Shown here in pieces: positions 31,801 to 45,700 of a DNA stretch of 64,000 nucleotides. The notes under the pieces were generated by a model. That model was not told the DNA's origin, did no database searches, and saw only the letters and a program-made list of their open reading frames with translations. Made by a program: the position numbers and the translations under genes. Source of the stretch: Cyanophora paradoxa CCMP329. Lineage: Eukaryota > Plantae > Glaucophyta. The stretch lies in the NCBI GenBank assembly GCA_004431415.1, contig QPMI01000047.1:124001-188000 (forward strand), given 5' to 3'. The stretch's first letter is position 1. Each line of letters opens with the position of its first letter.

Positions 31801-34800
31801 CCGTCTGAGCCGTCCGAGCAGTCTGACGCGGTCGTACACGCCATGGAGCTCGAGATCGTCTCCAGGTCCGATCACCCAGAATCTTGCAGCAAACTAACCT
31901 GACTTGTCGGGGGCGGGCGCGGGGCAGGTCCTTCCGGTGGCGGGACGCGGAGCGGGCGCACCGCGTCGTCGCCAACTGCGTCGACTTCTGCGCCGCCCTC
32001 GGCATCGAGCCCGTCCGCCCCGCCCCGCCCCGCCCCGCCCCGCCTCGTCCGGCGTTCTGACGCACGGCCCGGGCCAGATCATGGTGGTGAACGACATGCT
32101 TCTCATCCCCCCCAAGACCTACCACAAGGCGCGCCCTTCTTCTCAGAGAGGGGATGGGTCGGGTCGGGCTGGGAAGCGGAGCGGGATAGGCGCCCCAGGC
32201 CTAGCTAGGGCTCGCAGGATGGCCTGAAATACGCGGGGGCCGCCCCGCCCCGCGCCGCCCCGCCCCGCCCACAACTCCTTCGGCCTGGCTGAGCGCCGCT
32301 GAGCGCAGCTGGCGGAGTCTTGCGCCGAAGTGGCGTGCACCCTGGTGCGCCTGCGCCCGCGCCCCGGGCCTCTGTAAATAGCTACCAGCCTTCCTTGCGC
32401 CCCGCGCGCGCCGCCTCGTCCATCGGCACCGGCCCCTAGACGGCGCCCCCGCCCCCCTGCCTAAGCTCCTGCCTAAGCTAGACGGCGCCTCCTCGTCCAT
32501 CGGCTTGAGCTCCTAGACGGCGCCTCCGCCTGCCTGCTTCAGCTCGCATGCGAGAACGTGGCGCCCCGCCCGGTCCGAACTCGGCGGCCCCGGGGACAGG
32601 TGAACGAGCAGCCGGCGCTGATGTGCGAGGCGCTGTACCTCCGCGCCGCCGTCGCCTTCATCGAGCAGGTCCGCCCCGTCTTATTGTGAGGCCGGCTTGC
32701 GCGGCTTCCCGGGGCCGGGCCGGGCCGGGCCGGGCCCAGTAACATCGCTAGCTCTTCTTATGATTCGTCCCACGGGCCACGGCTCCGAAGCGAGGAGGCT
32801 TCAGCTGACGCTAACGCGCGGGGCCGGGCCGGGGTGCGCAGCGGCCGGAGGACAGCGTCGAGCCGCTCTTCGAGGCGTGGGCGCTGGCCCTGCGCCGCGG
32901 CCTCTCGCCCTCCCGCATCGAGGCGCACCCGCCCGCCCGCCCCTACGCAGTCAAATCAGAGCGAGGGTAGGCGCTGACGAACCCTCGCGAGACAGGCGCG
33001 GTGCATGCGGTTCCTGGCGTCCGTGCACCTCTACCTCGAGAAGTTCGAGCTCGCCGACCACTTCCTCTCCCGCATGTCCGCCCGCCCGCCCGCCCGCTTC
33101 CATCGCTCGGGCCGGGCCTGACGCGGGCGGGCCTGCGCGGCGGGCGGCACAGGTACTGGTACACGGAGACGGACGAGGACCGTATGGTCGAGGTGGACGC
33201 CATCATGAGCGAGTGTGCGCGCGCCGGAAAGCTGCTCGGATTTCAGGCCGGGGCCGGGCGGGGGGCTTGCGCTCGGAGCTGACTCTGTGCCCCGCCCCGC
33301 GATCGGCCGCCAGTCCACCGGGCGGGCCACGCGAAGGAGTGGGACCGCGCGGCGCGCCTCGTGCACCACGCCTACGCGCGCCTCTGCGCCTTCGACGTGC
33401 CCCCGCGCCAGAAGATCGTTCGCATCCTCGCGGTGAGCAAGCAGACATAAAGAGAGGCTTTGGGAAGAGCGGGAATTCAAAGAAGAAGCCACAAGAAGCT
33501 TCTATAGAAAGATGCTTAAAGAAGCTAAAAGACGCTTCTATAAACAGGCTTAAAGAAGCTACAAGAGCGAGTTGTGCTCGGACGAGTGCCTTCGCCTGCA
33601 AATCCGATCGCGCCGCTCGACCCAACCAGCCCTCTGACGACCCGCGCCCGCGCGCGCACGCACGCGCAGAGCTCCGTCTACTGCATGTTCCGAGCCCGTG
33701 CGCCTCGCCTCGGCCCGAGCCGGCCTTGGGCGCGCGCCCCCGCCCCCGCCTCGAACGCCCTCGTCCGCCCGCCCCGCAGGGCGGTACACGCAGGCGATCC
33801 TGCAGCTGCGCAAGCTCGTGACCTTCACCCGCGAGGAGACCCTCCACGCGTGCGCCCGCCCCAAGAGGCAAATAGACAAAATAGGCAAATACACATAGAC
33901 AAAAGACAATGGGCGCCCCCCCCAAATACACGAACAGACAAAAGAATCTATCACACCATCACTTAAACTTCTAATTGCAAGTTGCAAGCCTCTCGTGGCC
34001 CCGCCCGCTGCCTCGGCCGCCTCTGCCGCGCCCCTTTTCGTCCCCCCCCCCTCCCCCGCCCACCCCCCTCACGCCCCCCGTCCACGGCCAGGTACACGGA
34101 CGCGGACACGTGGAACATCAGCCGCATGTGGTGGATGCGCACGTGCGCCCTCTCTCCCTTCTTGCTCTTCTTCTTCGCCTCGCTTCGCGGAGCGTCTCCC
34201 TTCTAAATCATGAGTGTCTCTCTGCGGCGGCAGGCTGGAGCGGGGGCTCAGGCAGCACGGCCCCGGGGCGGCGAACGAAATGCTGAAGCCGCTGCGTGCC
34301 GGCGGCTTCATCATACGCGTCGCCGACCCTCGCCAGGCACGCCCGCCCCGCCCGCCTCGCCCCTCTCGAGGCTTTCAATATCTGTTATCCGCCATCCATT
34401 TATATCCTCCGCTACGTTTCTAGCTGCCTAGTATCTATCTTCACGCCATATATCCATCATCCTTTTTTTTGTCTACCCCGCGCCTCCTGCCTCAAGATGC
34501 ATATATATGGTCCGCGGACGGAACGCCGCCGCTGGCGGCTCTCCCCCATGCCCCCGGATCGGATCCAGCGCCTCTCATCTACCTTTGATGTGGCTCACTT
34601 AAGCTTCTAGACCTGCTTCTGCGACTCCGTCTTTTGACGCCGGCGCCGCGCCGCAGTCGACGCCCGGCCTTGCGCACATCCTCTGCTGCTACGGAAAGGC
34701 GCGCCAACCCGACCCGAGCCGACCCGCCCCGACCCGACCCGACCCGCTCCGGAAAATCCGAGCGTTCGCGCGCAGGTGCTGGCGTACGTGGGCAAGCACG

Positions 34801-35211
34801 GGAGCGCCATAGTCGCCCTCCGCAAGGCCCTTGAGGTGTGTGCCCTTTTCTTGAATGTGACGTATATATCATTCCTCGACTGTTCCTTGTACATAATCAT
34901 GATCTCCGAATTTAACAATTGCAAGCTTCAATAATGATCTCCTTGACGGATCCTTATGACCTCCAAGGCCGTCGAGATGCCTTCATTAAATTTCATTTGA
35001 ATTTTATGGATCCTTACGATCGCGATCATGCTGAATATGTTAATGTGTATTCATAAAGTCACGATCATTCTAACGCTCGTGCTTCCCTTCCCGCCGGCAG
35101 GCGTACGGGCGGTTCCCGGAGCACTTCCCGCCGGACTGCGGCCGCATCCGGACGCTCCACGCGTACCTCAAGGCATCCCAGGAGGCATTGGCCGCCGAGG
35201 GTGCCGGGTAG
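28889..35211 (+). CDS. Multi-exon hypothetical protein, alpha-helical (TPR-like) C-terminal half
   Basis: Coding-like exons between GT/GC..CAG introns (VVFQTDHGQDAPLLDGRLYDEVDAIF; MRFLASVHLYLEKFELADHFLSR; VLAYVGKHGSAIVALRKALE); TAG at 35209-35211. Function not recognised. Confidence 0.5.
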
Positions 35212-36164
35212 CCGGATTCGAAGTCCTGTAGGCGAGCTTTATTAGCTAGCCGTAGTTCGCGGCAGCTTGCGTGGGTATCACTAGCCCCCCTTCTCGTCTT
35301 CGTCTCCGTTTACAAATTTCTCCGACCGGGTAGTCCCACTGCACCGAGTATTCTACCCTTTCTTTCGCCTATAACGTTACCAGCCATTATCGCTTATCTT
35401 ACTTTAATTTTACGTTATTGTCGACCAGCACGTGTGCTTGTCATCATTTATTCATTGATTCGTGATCAGATCTCTTGCGGTTTTACGCTTGTCTTACACT
35501 ACTGACATTTAGACTGCCATCTACGTGGTCCCCGGCCAACTTGGCAACAAGAAGATGATTAGAAACGATGTCGACGTCGAAGAAACGGGAGGCTTTTGAC
35601 TCGGTGAATTCGGGAAAGACGTCGACGTCGATATCGATCCCTATACATCTAGATCTGGTTAATATAACGTCGTACGCGTTGTCGTTGCGCAATCGATATC
35701 CCATTTATGGCATTCGAATCCGTTTCGAATTCTTTAGCTAGACCTTCCATTATATAATTACCACGTGCACAATCTAATCTAATCCCGGGCCCCGATTCGC
35801 TTTCGAAGTCATTAACTGAAGACACGAATTCGAATTCCAATTCAATGATTGAGACACGAACAACGCAAGTGCGGCACACCGCACAAGTGCACCGTGATCG
35901 ATATCACGTGATCGATATCACGCGCATTGCAATTGTGTGCCACGGTGCGTTCGGAACGCCCACGCGCGGGTGGCCGCAGATCTAGATCTAGAATCGCGAC
36001 CGGTCCGACGTCGACGGTCCGGTCTAGAAGGCGGCGAGGTCGGCGGCGGCGAGCTCCGCGTCGGCCTCGGCGACTGCCTCCGCAAAGTCCTCCTCCTGAA
36101 TCGGATGGAAAACGCACGCACGGTCAGGCGTTGCGTTGCGAACAAAAGATGGGCGAATTCAACC

Positions 36165-36738
36165 TCAAGCTAATAAGCTTCTTGAGGTCGAGACCAAGCT
36201 CAGCCTAAGCTTTAAGGGGCGGATGCCTAGCCTAGTAGGGGCCGGGCCGGGGCCGGGGGCCGTCGGACGCACGGCGAGGTCGGCTTCGAACTCGGCGACG
36301 GCCTGCGCCTCCGCGTCGAGGTGGAAGCGCGTGGCCTCGTGCACGAACTGGTAGTTCGGGCGGCACGAATCGCGCGCCCCGTCGAGGATGGAGCGGAAGA
36401 AGGTGGGGTCGTTGCCCCCGGCGCAGCTCGCGTACTCGTGCGTCTTCATCATGCAGACATTCTGCGCGCGCGCGTTGCAGTAATATCAGTGCATGATCAT
36501 GAGCGAAGCGATCGAATACGTAATTAATCCATGGCCAACAATTATTATCGACAAGGCTTAAGCGCTCGCGCGTGCACAAGCGGATGCGCACCTCGGCCTG
36601 GTACATGGCGTCGAAGCGGAGCTGGTCGTAGGTGGCGTAGTCCTGCGCATTCCATGCGTTCTGGAGCTGCGGCCGCAGGCCTGCGTCCAGCAGCCCGGTG
36701 AAGGCAGTCGCGAAGGTGGGTTGCGTGCCGCAGGCCAT
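36165..36738 (-). CDS. Small two-exon hypothetical protein
   Basis: MACGTQPTF..FDAMYQAE|gtgcgc..cag|NVCMMKTHEY..; TATAAATA about 90 nt upstream (36830-36837); GC-rich third positions. Confidence 0.55.
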
Positions 36739-36989
36739 GGTCGGATTCGGGCGGCGCGGGTGGATGCGAAGCTGACGGGCGAAGCTGGCGAACTTGGCTG
36801 CAGACTGCCGCGCGCAGGCCTGGCGGCAGCTATTTATACTAGCCTAGTAGCCTAGTAGTATACTAGCAGCCTAGTAGGTTGACTCCTGGGCCGGACTCCC
36901 GGGCCCCGGCCCCCGGCCCCCGGCTCGAGTCCTGGGAGGACTCACTGACTCCTCAGAGTCCTGGCTGAGCCTCGGCCCTCGGAGTACTA

Positions 36990-37260
36990 CCGTGTGGCAC
37001 TAAATTACCGCGGCATAATTATAAATTACCGCGCTAGAAACTCCGGCCCGAGGGTGGCCAAAATACCGCGGTACCAAATTACCGCGTTTTAAAAACTCGA
37101 GGCTTGTATGGGGCGGGTATTCGGGGGGGTACTGTATGGGGTGACTTCACAGAAGCGAATTACCGCGGGACCAAATTACCGCGTTTTAACGAATTCTCGA
37201 CGCAGTAATTTGGTACCGCGGTAATTAAGTGGGCGCGGTATTATATATAGTGCCACACGG
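36990..37260. mobile_element. MITE, TA target duplication
   Basis: TA|ccgtgtggcacta ... tagtgccacacgg|TA, perfect 13-bp TIR; multiple internal aaattaccgcg in both orientations. Confidence 0.8.
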
Positions 37261-37371
37261 TAGGCTCCCGGGTCCGGCCGCTAGGCGGCGCTAGCTAACT
37301 CTAGCTATAGCGGCGAGTCTCGCGAGTCGCGACTCTAGCCTCTAGCTATTTTATTAGCCGATATACTAGTA

Positions 37372-37596
37372 CTGTAGGAATGCTTAAATTGCCGCGTAGT
37401 TAAATTGCCGAATTCGACCAAAACCGGAATTGCCGTGGCGAAAAATTGCCGAAACTCTGGATTTCTTCTATGGCGCCATCCAAAAGCGGCCGTTGAGCCC
37501 TACCCCCTGAGAATTGCCGTGGTTCAAAATTGCCGAATTCGGCCTCTCGGCAATTTACGGCAATTTAAAACATCGGCTAAAAAAGCAATCCTACAG
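37372..37596. mobile_element. MITE, TA target duplication
   Basis: TA|ctgtaggaatgctt ... aagcaatcctacag|TA (13/14); many internal aattgccg, inverted near the right end. Confidence 0.75.
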
Positions 37597-39723
37597 TATA
37601 GGCTGCGACTAGCCTGCGAGCCTGCGAGGCAGCCTGCAGGCTGCAGCCCGAGCCCTGCAGATCTCTAGACTTCATATGCATTTCGACAAAACCCGAAAAT
37701 CGTGATGAAAATATATGGTTCGAATTCGACAGCCGGGCGCCGCTGAGCATCGATATCATATTTTCGTCAGCCGGGACTCATGATCAGCCCCAGCACTCCG
37801 CCATCATGGGGCATAGACGGGTCAGCCGTTAGTACCGTAGTACCCCTCTCCATACAAAATTTCAGTTCAATTGCAAGAATCAAGAGTAGCAAATATTCAA
37901 AGTGCAGGTCTGACGAATATAGATCTAGACGAAATAAAGACGCTGTCGAAGATTTCTACGTTTACGGTACTAGTCCGGTAGGACGTCGACGTACGGTAAC
38001 GTACTAGTACCGTAGTACCGGGGCCCGGCCGCCCGGGCCCCGGGGGCCAGCCGGCGGGGGGGGGGGGGGGGGGGGGGGCCCGGGCGGCGCCGCGGCGGGC
38101 GGCGGCCGCGGGCGCGGGCGGGACCGTCGGACTGACTCGGACAGTACTGGACCGGTACCCGATACTAGGGCCGATAGTAGGGCCGATACGTACCGGGGGT
38201 CCGGGACTCTGGTCCGGGAGTCCGGGACTCCCGGACTGGACCGGTACCCGGTACCGGGAGTACTGCGAGTCTGCGGCGACTCTGCGGAGTCTGCCGCAGT
38301 GCGCGCGACCAGCTGCGCATGCAGCGCCGACTCGCCGCCGAGCGCCGCCGACCACTGCAGCTGCAGCACTGCTTAGCAATAAGTCACTGTCGACTCACTG
38401 ATACCCCGGGTAGTCCGTGCCGACTCTACTAGTACTACAGTGCCGACTCTGCCGAGTCACTAGTAGTATAGTACTGCCGCGTCGGGCCGTCGGCGAGTCG
38501 TCGGCGACCAGTACCGGTAAACTTTTCGAAGTTTCCGTAGCAGAACTTGCGGCGGTTTCAACCGTTTCCTGCCTCCTACCAGGCTCTTAGCAGCTGCGCT
38601 GGGCGCCGCTGGCCCCCGAAGTTTTTTATTCAAGCTACAGATGCTAAAAAAACCCCTTGGGGCCGAGACGGCTTGGGACTCGGGGCCGGGAGGTGATTCC
38701 AAGGAGTCTAGACTCTAGATCTATAGCTAAAACTCAGCTAGGAGCTCGATACGACCAATGCGAGCTTTGATCTTGGAGATCAGGTCGTTGATTTGAGGAC
38801 CGTCGGACGCAGGTACCGCGCGTCATGGGCAGTACCAGCGACGTCACAATGCATATGCGCCCTGCGGAATGCACATGCATATGATATCGATCATGATCAT
38901 GATTCGCGTTCGCCACCGTTCACGTGCGCCACGTGCACGTCGACGTCCGCGTGCATGTCCGCCGCCGCCTTAAGCTTGACGCTCAAATTCAATCCAGTGC
39001 GCGTGATGTCGACGGGTCGACGATCGCAAGATCTCCATGGACTACAGAGCTCGCGATCGCGATCGAGGCGGGGAGCCCTGATCATGAGCCGCGCCCGGCT
39101 TATATCTAATTAAGCTTCCGATCGCGAGTTCCGCTGCTTGCTGATCGATCACGACTCACGAGTCATGATCACGACTCGGCGAGTCCCCAACGTGCACGTG
39201 AATTCCCAACGTGCACGCGAGTCCCCCGGCAACGCATTATCCATATGTCCGACAGTCCATATGCATAGAGGTGCTTAAAAAATACATAGACTGACAAGTA
39301 AAGTATACCGGATTATATATGATATTGTAAAGACGTTCCGTGAAGCACTGACACGTTAAAAGCTTCAACGCTCTGGTGCATGCAGCTAGGAGCGAGAGAC
39401 TCAGACAGTGGGAGGGAGGGCAGGCCCGCGGGCACAGAGAGTCACTGAGTTGCCAACCCTGCAGCAACAAATGACGCGATACATAATTTAATAATTTATA
39501 GAATACGCAGAAAACTCACATGCACGAAAGCTGACGCTAAAACAATTCACGGCCCTATTGATAATAACACTACGTAGTACAGATGCGCAACAAGATATAA
39601 AAGGCATCGTAAGTAAGCCAGCCCGCTCGATCACTCGCCCGCTCACTCACTCGCGATCACTGCGGGCGGGCGGGCGGGCGCGCCTCCGCAAGTGAGCACT
39701 CGAACGGATCGCACGCATGCACG

Positions 39724-42700
39724 TCACGTATCCCGCCGCACCTGGGGCTGGGCTGGGCTGGGGGCGGGCGGGCAGGCCGCGTGGGGCGGGCGGGCGGCGA
39801 GGGCGGCGCGGGCGCGGCCGAGAGCGTCCTTCAGGTCCTGCACCCTGAGCGGCTTGGAGAGGTAGTCCGCCATGCCGGCCTGAGAGGCACAAAGGCCGCC
39901 GAGGCGCGTGCGTGAGAGGCGCGCGGGGAGGCTCCAAGGCCTCTGGGAGTGAAAGCGGGGAAAGGGGGGGGGGGGGGGCGGCGCCGCTTCGTTCGCACCT
40001 CGAGGCAGCGCTCGCGGTCGCCGCGCATGGCGTTGGCCGTCAGCGCGATGCTGCGAGCGAAGCGAGCGAAGCGAGGCGGCGCCGCGTCAGCCGCCATCGG
40101 ACGCGGCGCGGGAGAGACGGCGCAGGGCCGGGCCGGGCCGAGCGGGCAGATTGGCATCAAGAATAAGCAGCGCAGGGCTGCGGGAACGGGGTTCTACGAG
40201 GCTAGTAAGGTTTACTATAACACTATTGGACAGTATAGGTAGCAGTGCATTTTGGGATGGATGAGAGCTAACGGGGCGGGCCGGGGCGGACATGTGGGGG
40301 GCGGCGGGCCCGAGGCGGGCGGTGATGGCCCGCGAGGCGGCGAGCCCGTCGCAGACCGGCATCTGAGGGGCGGCGGGGCGCCCGTCAGAGGGGCGCCAGC
40401 GGAGCCGGGGGGAGTGGGGAGGCAGGGGTGTTGTAGAAGTCAGGGTGTAGTCTAGACATGCTAGCCACAACTCTAGGGTGGTGCCGGGGGGGGGGGGTAC
40501 GCCTGCCCCACGCACCTGCACGTCCATGAGCACCACGCTGCGAACGAAGCGTCAGCCGGGCGGGGAGGAAGGGGAGGGGGTAGGGGCGCACTCGTAGGGC
40601 CTGGCGCGGCAGGCGTCGATCGCCTCCTGCCCGTTCTGCGCCAGGTCCGCCTGCGCACCCGGCCATGAATGAAGGAAGCTCAGTGAAGCCCGGTAAGCTA
40701 TCATTTAAAGGGCTGCTTGCTGTTTAAGCTAGAAGTTGAAGCTAGAAGCTTATTGTTCAAGCTATCTCTTAAAGGGCTAAGAAGCGCGAGGTCAGCGAGT
40801 CAGCGAGCGGGCCCCGTCTACTACAGCTTGCTGCTGCTTGTAGAGTCGCTGGCTGGGACCGGGGGCCCCTCCGGCTGTTGTTTATAGGGGGGTCTGCCAT
40901 GGGGCCCGAAGAGGGAGGGGAAGGGGCTCTCCCCCCCTCCCCCCCGCCCCCCCCGTCCCCGCTCTCTGTGTACCCACCCAACCCAGGGGGACGGGGGGAG
41001 GAGGGGGGTACACACCTGGGCGCCCATCTTGGAGAGCATGAGCATGACGATGCGGGCGTTCACCGGCTGGTCCTCGGCCACCAGGATCCGCAGCGCGGGG
41101 GCCCCGGCGTCGGGGGCGGGCGAGGCGGCGGAAGGCGGGGCGGCGGAGGGCGGGGGGGCGGAGGGGGCCGCCGGGAGAGGCTCCAAGGAGGCGAGGCCGG
41201 CCGGAGGGGGCGCGGGCGCCAGTGAAGGCTCGAAGGGGCCGGAGGGGGAGAAGGAGCGGGGGGGCCGGAGGGCCGCCGGGGGGGCGAAGGAGGGGGGGAG
41301 GTACGAGGAGTCGGAGGGGGCCGGCGGGGGCGAGGGCGAGGGCCGGGGCGAGCCCACGGCGCCGTCGAAGGACGCGGGGCTCGACCGGCTGCAGACCAGA
41401 GTCACGTGAGATCGGATTGGATCGGATCGGATCAGATCAGATCTGAGCGGACCTCTTGCGGCGGCGCGGGGGCGGGGCGGGCCCGCTGGAGGCGGCGGCG
41501 ATCGCTCGCCCGAGCTCCGCGTAGAGGCGGCTCGTCTGCGGGGCGGGGCAGGCGGGCGAGTCAGAGAGGAAAGGAAAGGAAAGGAAAGGAAAGGAAAGGA
41601 AAGGAAAGGAAAGGAAAGGAAAGGAAAGGAAAGGAGAGGGGACCTTGAGGGGGCAGCTGACGCAGGCGTGGTACCCGAACGGATCCAGCGCGGCCGCGCC
41701 GCCGCCGCCGCCGGCCCCCGCCACGGGCAGGGGCGAGGCGGGGGCCGAGGGCGGGCGCGGGGGGCCCGCCGGAGCGCCGCGGCGGCCGCCTCGATGGCGG
41801 CGCCGCGCTGGATGGCGGCGGAGCGCGGGGAGCGGACCCGCAGCGTCCCCTCGAGATCCGCCCCCGGGTTCGACCCGCGCCGCCGCTTGGCGCTGGGCCC
41901 GGGCTCCCCGGCGGCAGCGGCGGCGGCGGCGGCCGCCAGATCGGCTCCGAAGGGCCGCTTCAGGTTGGGAGGGGGCGCGGCGGCCTCCGTCTGCACGGCC
42001 GCGTCGCGCCGCGCCGGCTCCGCCGCGACCCGCGAGGCCGCTGCGCGCAGGGCAGGCTCGCTCGGCGTCCCGACGGGGGGTACGAGGGCGGGCGAGGGCG
42101 CGAGGGAGAGAAGCGGCGTACCCGGCTGGGAGCCGTCGTCAGTGGACTCGGAGTCGGAGGACGTACCCCCCTCCTCGTCCATAGCGGTCCCGAAGCACGC
42201 GTGGCCCATGTGGGGGCTTCCGGGGGGGTCAGGAGGGGGATGGGGGGGAAAGGGGGGGGGGATAGGGGAAACTTTAGGGCGCACGGGCTCCGGGTGGGGG
42301 CGGTGGGGGCGGGCAGGCTCGACGGGGTACCGACGAGGGAGGCCGGTCCGAGCCTGCGCGCGCTCGTGAGGCCGGCGCGGGGTACAGCGAGCCGGAAGGA
42401 GAGGGGGGTACCGGCGGGCCATGTAGAGCTCGGAGGACCACGGGGCGACGCGAACGAAGGCACAGCCGGCGAGGCCCGCCGCCGCCGCGTCGCGGGGCAG
42501 GGCGAGCAGGCCGCTCCTGCGGGGGGAAAAGGGGGGGGGGGGGAACGTTCGCCCGAGCCGGAGAGGCGCCCGCGCGAAGGCACGCGCACCCCTGGGCGCC
42601 GCCCTCGGCGGAGGAGCAGACGAGGACGACGCGCGGGGGCCGCGGGCCGGCGGCGGGGCCGCCGCCGGGGCCGCCGCCCACCCGCGGAGGACCTCCATCG

Positions 42701-45700
42701 CCTCCTCCGCGCTGCGGGTGAGCCTAAGCCTCGCGAGCCCCGAGTCCGAGCCTCGCGAGCCCCGGCTCTACGGCTCGACGGCTCTACGGACCTGGCCGCG
42801 GGAGGACGCGGGCGCCGGCGGCGGAGCAGAGGGCGCGCAGGTAGAGGGCCGTAGAGGCCGGCCCGCAGAGGGGCGCCCCCAGCAGCTCCGCGGACGACGC
42901 CGGCAGCCGCTCAAGCACCGGCGCGGGGCCGCCGGCGGCCGCGGCCGGCGGCGGCGGCGGCGCCTGCGCCTGCGCTTGTGCTGGGGGCCTGCGGCGCGGG
43001 TCAGCTCTCCCTTTCCTTTTCCTTTCCTTTCCTTTCCATTCTTTCCGGACCTCAAGGGCGATGAGGACGTCGGCGCCGGCGAGGGAGAGCGCGCTGGCCC
43101 CGCGGGGCGTCGGCGCCGGCGCCGCGAAGCTCCCCGCCGCGCACAGCCGCAGCCGCAGCGAGAAGGTCGAGCCGGCGCCCAGCTCGCTGGAGAGGAGTCA
43201 GAAAAAGGAAAGGAAAGGAAAGGAAAGGAAGGGAAAGGAAAGGGGAGGGGGGGGGGGGGACCTGGAGACGGCGATGTCGCCTCCTAGGAGCTGGGCGAGG
43301 CGGCGGGAGATGCAGAGGCCGAGGCCCGTACCCCCGAACTGCCGCGTCAGCGACGCGTCGCACACCGAGAACCTGCGGCGGGGGCGGGGGCGGGGGCGGG
43401 GTCAGCGACTTAGTGTGGGCCGGGGCGGCGAGACGAGGCGAGGCAAGGGCGGGGGCGGGTCAGCTCTCTCTGGCGCCATGCCATTCCCCCCTCCTCGCCC
43501 TCCCCCTCCCCCCCCCTACCTCCTCCCCTCTCGCACCAGCGGAAGAGCTTGTCGATCTGGTCGGCGGCGATGCCGACGCCCGAGTCGATGACGTCGAAGA
43601 CAAGGTCCCATAGGCGCCAGGGGCTGCTCCCCTCGCCCTCCCCGTGCCCGTGCCCGTGGCCGTGCCCGTGGCCGTGTGCGTGGCCCTCGGCGCGGCCCCC
43701 GTGCGCCGCGCAGTCGCTGTGTGTGTGTGTGCGCGCGGGTCAGAAGAGCGGATCGGATGGGATCGGGTCGGACCTGCAGCAGGCGGCGTGCGGGTCGGTG
43801 CCGTCCTCCGGCGGCACGGGCGCCCCGTACACTGCGAACGAAGTCAGAGAGAGAGAGAGAGAGAACGAAGAAAGAAAGAAGAAAGAGGAGAGAAGAGAGG
43901 GGACCGCGGAGGGAGACGCCGCCGGCGAGGGTGAACTTGAGCGAGTTGCCCAGCAGGTTCACCAGGATCTGCGGGGGGCGGGGGCGGGGGCGGGAGGGCG
44001 GGGTCGCCCCGGTCGGTCAGTCAGGGGCGCCGAGGCCGGGCGAGGCGAGGCGAGGCGATGGAGAGCGCGAGGGGGAGGAGCGGCCGAAGCTCTATCTACC
44101 CGTCTATCTCAGCCTCATCTATCTGGTCTAGTCACTGACGGGCGGGGCGCCCCGACGGAGCCGCCTGTCCCAGCTTTGGGGGGGAGGCGGGGGGGTTGGG
44201 GGGAAGGGGAAGGGGGAAGGGGGGGGGGGGGGGGGGGGGGGGAAAGGGGGTCGGACCTGGCGGAGGCGGGACTCGTCGGAGAGGAGGAGGGCGGGCACGC
44301 CGGGTCCACGAACGACGAGAGCTCCAGGCCCTGGGGGGGGGGGGAGAAATGGGGGGGTCAGGCGCGTTCAAGGGGGGAGGAGCGAGGGGGGGGAAGAGGG
44401 GGGGGGTAGGGCACCTTCTTGCCGGCGGCGGGGCAGAAGAGGTCGACGACCTCGTCGAGGAGGTGGCGCAGCTCCAGCGGCCGCTCCTCGATGTCGATGC
44501 GCCCGTACCTGCCCGGGAGGAGGAGGAGGTCAGGGGTAGGTGAGACGAGGCGAGGAGGCGAGGAGGTTGGGTTGGGAGGCTAGGAGGCCTCGGAGGCGAG
44601 GAGCTGTAGAGGCTCAGGAGGCTTGGGCGGGCGGGGGGCGCACTCGAGCTTCTGGTTGTCGAGGATGTCGTTGATGATCCCCAGCAGCGCGTTCCCCGAC
44701 GCCTGCCCGCGCGCGAGCAGGGCCGTGAGCCGCAGGCTAAGCTAGGCCAAGGGGGCCGGGGCTAAGCCTGAGGCGAGGCCTCGCTTGGCGTGGCCTGGCC
44801 TGGCGTGGCCCGGCGGGCCGGACCTCGATGATGGCGACGAGCTCGCGACTTATGTCATTCTATACAAGCATGGCCGTGGGCCGAGGGCCGCAGGCCTTAT
44901 ATTAAACTAAACTATACGGGGCCTATAAGGGGGCGGGGGCTAAGCCTAAGCTACGCCCGAGCCCTAGGCCCGGCCCGGCACGGCCCGGCGCGGCGCGGCC
45001 TCCCGCACCTCGATGATTGCGACGAGCTCGCGCTGGTGCGGGCTCAGCCCCGAGTCCAGCAGCAGCTCCGCCACCCCGATCACCGCGTTCATCGGCGTCC
45101 TGCGCGAGCCCCCCGGCCCGTGAGGCCCCGCGGGGTGCGAGGCCCGCCCCGTCCAGACTCGCGTTCTGGCCTAGTCCAGCGAGGGGCCGAGTCCCTACCC
45201 CCCGGCCGGCCCGGTCCATCCTAGTCCGGAACGAGGCAGGCGCGCCTCGCCCCGCGGGGCCCCGCGCCCTCGCCCTCGACCCCCGCTCCCTCGCCCTTCC
45301 CCCCCCCCCCCCCCCCCCCCCTCCTCACCGTATCTCGTGGGACATCATGGAGAGGAAGTCGGACTTGACGCGGCACGCGTTCAGCGCCTCCATACGCGCA
45401 ACCTCCAGCGCCGCGTTCTGGTTACAAGGGGCCGTGAGCCCAGGCCCTACGCTAGCTAGCTGCGCCAGCTGGGCCAGGGCTCCTCACCTGAGCGGCGACG
45501 CGCTCGCGCTGGCGCCGCTCCTGGTCCAGAACGCTCGCGTCTGAGCGGGGGGGGAGGAGCCGCCTCAGATCAGATCGGAGCGGGTGGGGCGGACCCCCGC
45601 TCGCTCCGGGGGGCGCACGGGCGATCGCGATGCCGAGCTGGGCCGAGACCGCGCTGCGCGGGGCGGGGCGGGGCGGCGTCGGGCGGGGCGAGGGCGAGGG

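Noticed and set aside
37833-37969. Possible fourth MITE (taccgta...tacggta)
   Set aside because: Inverted match is only about 7 bp in palindrome-rich DNA; insufficient.
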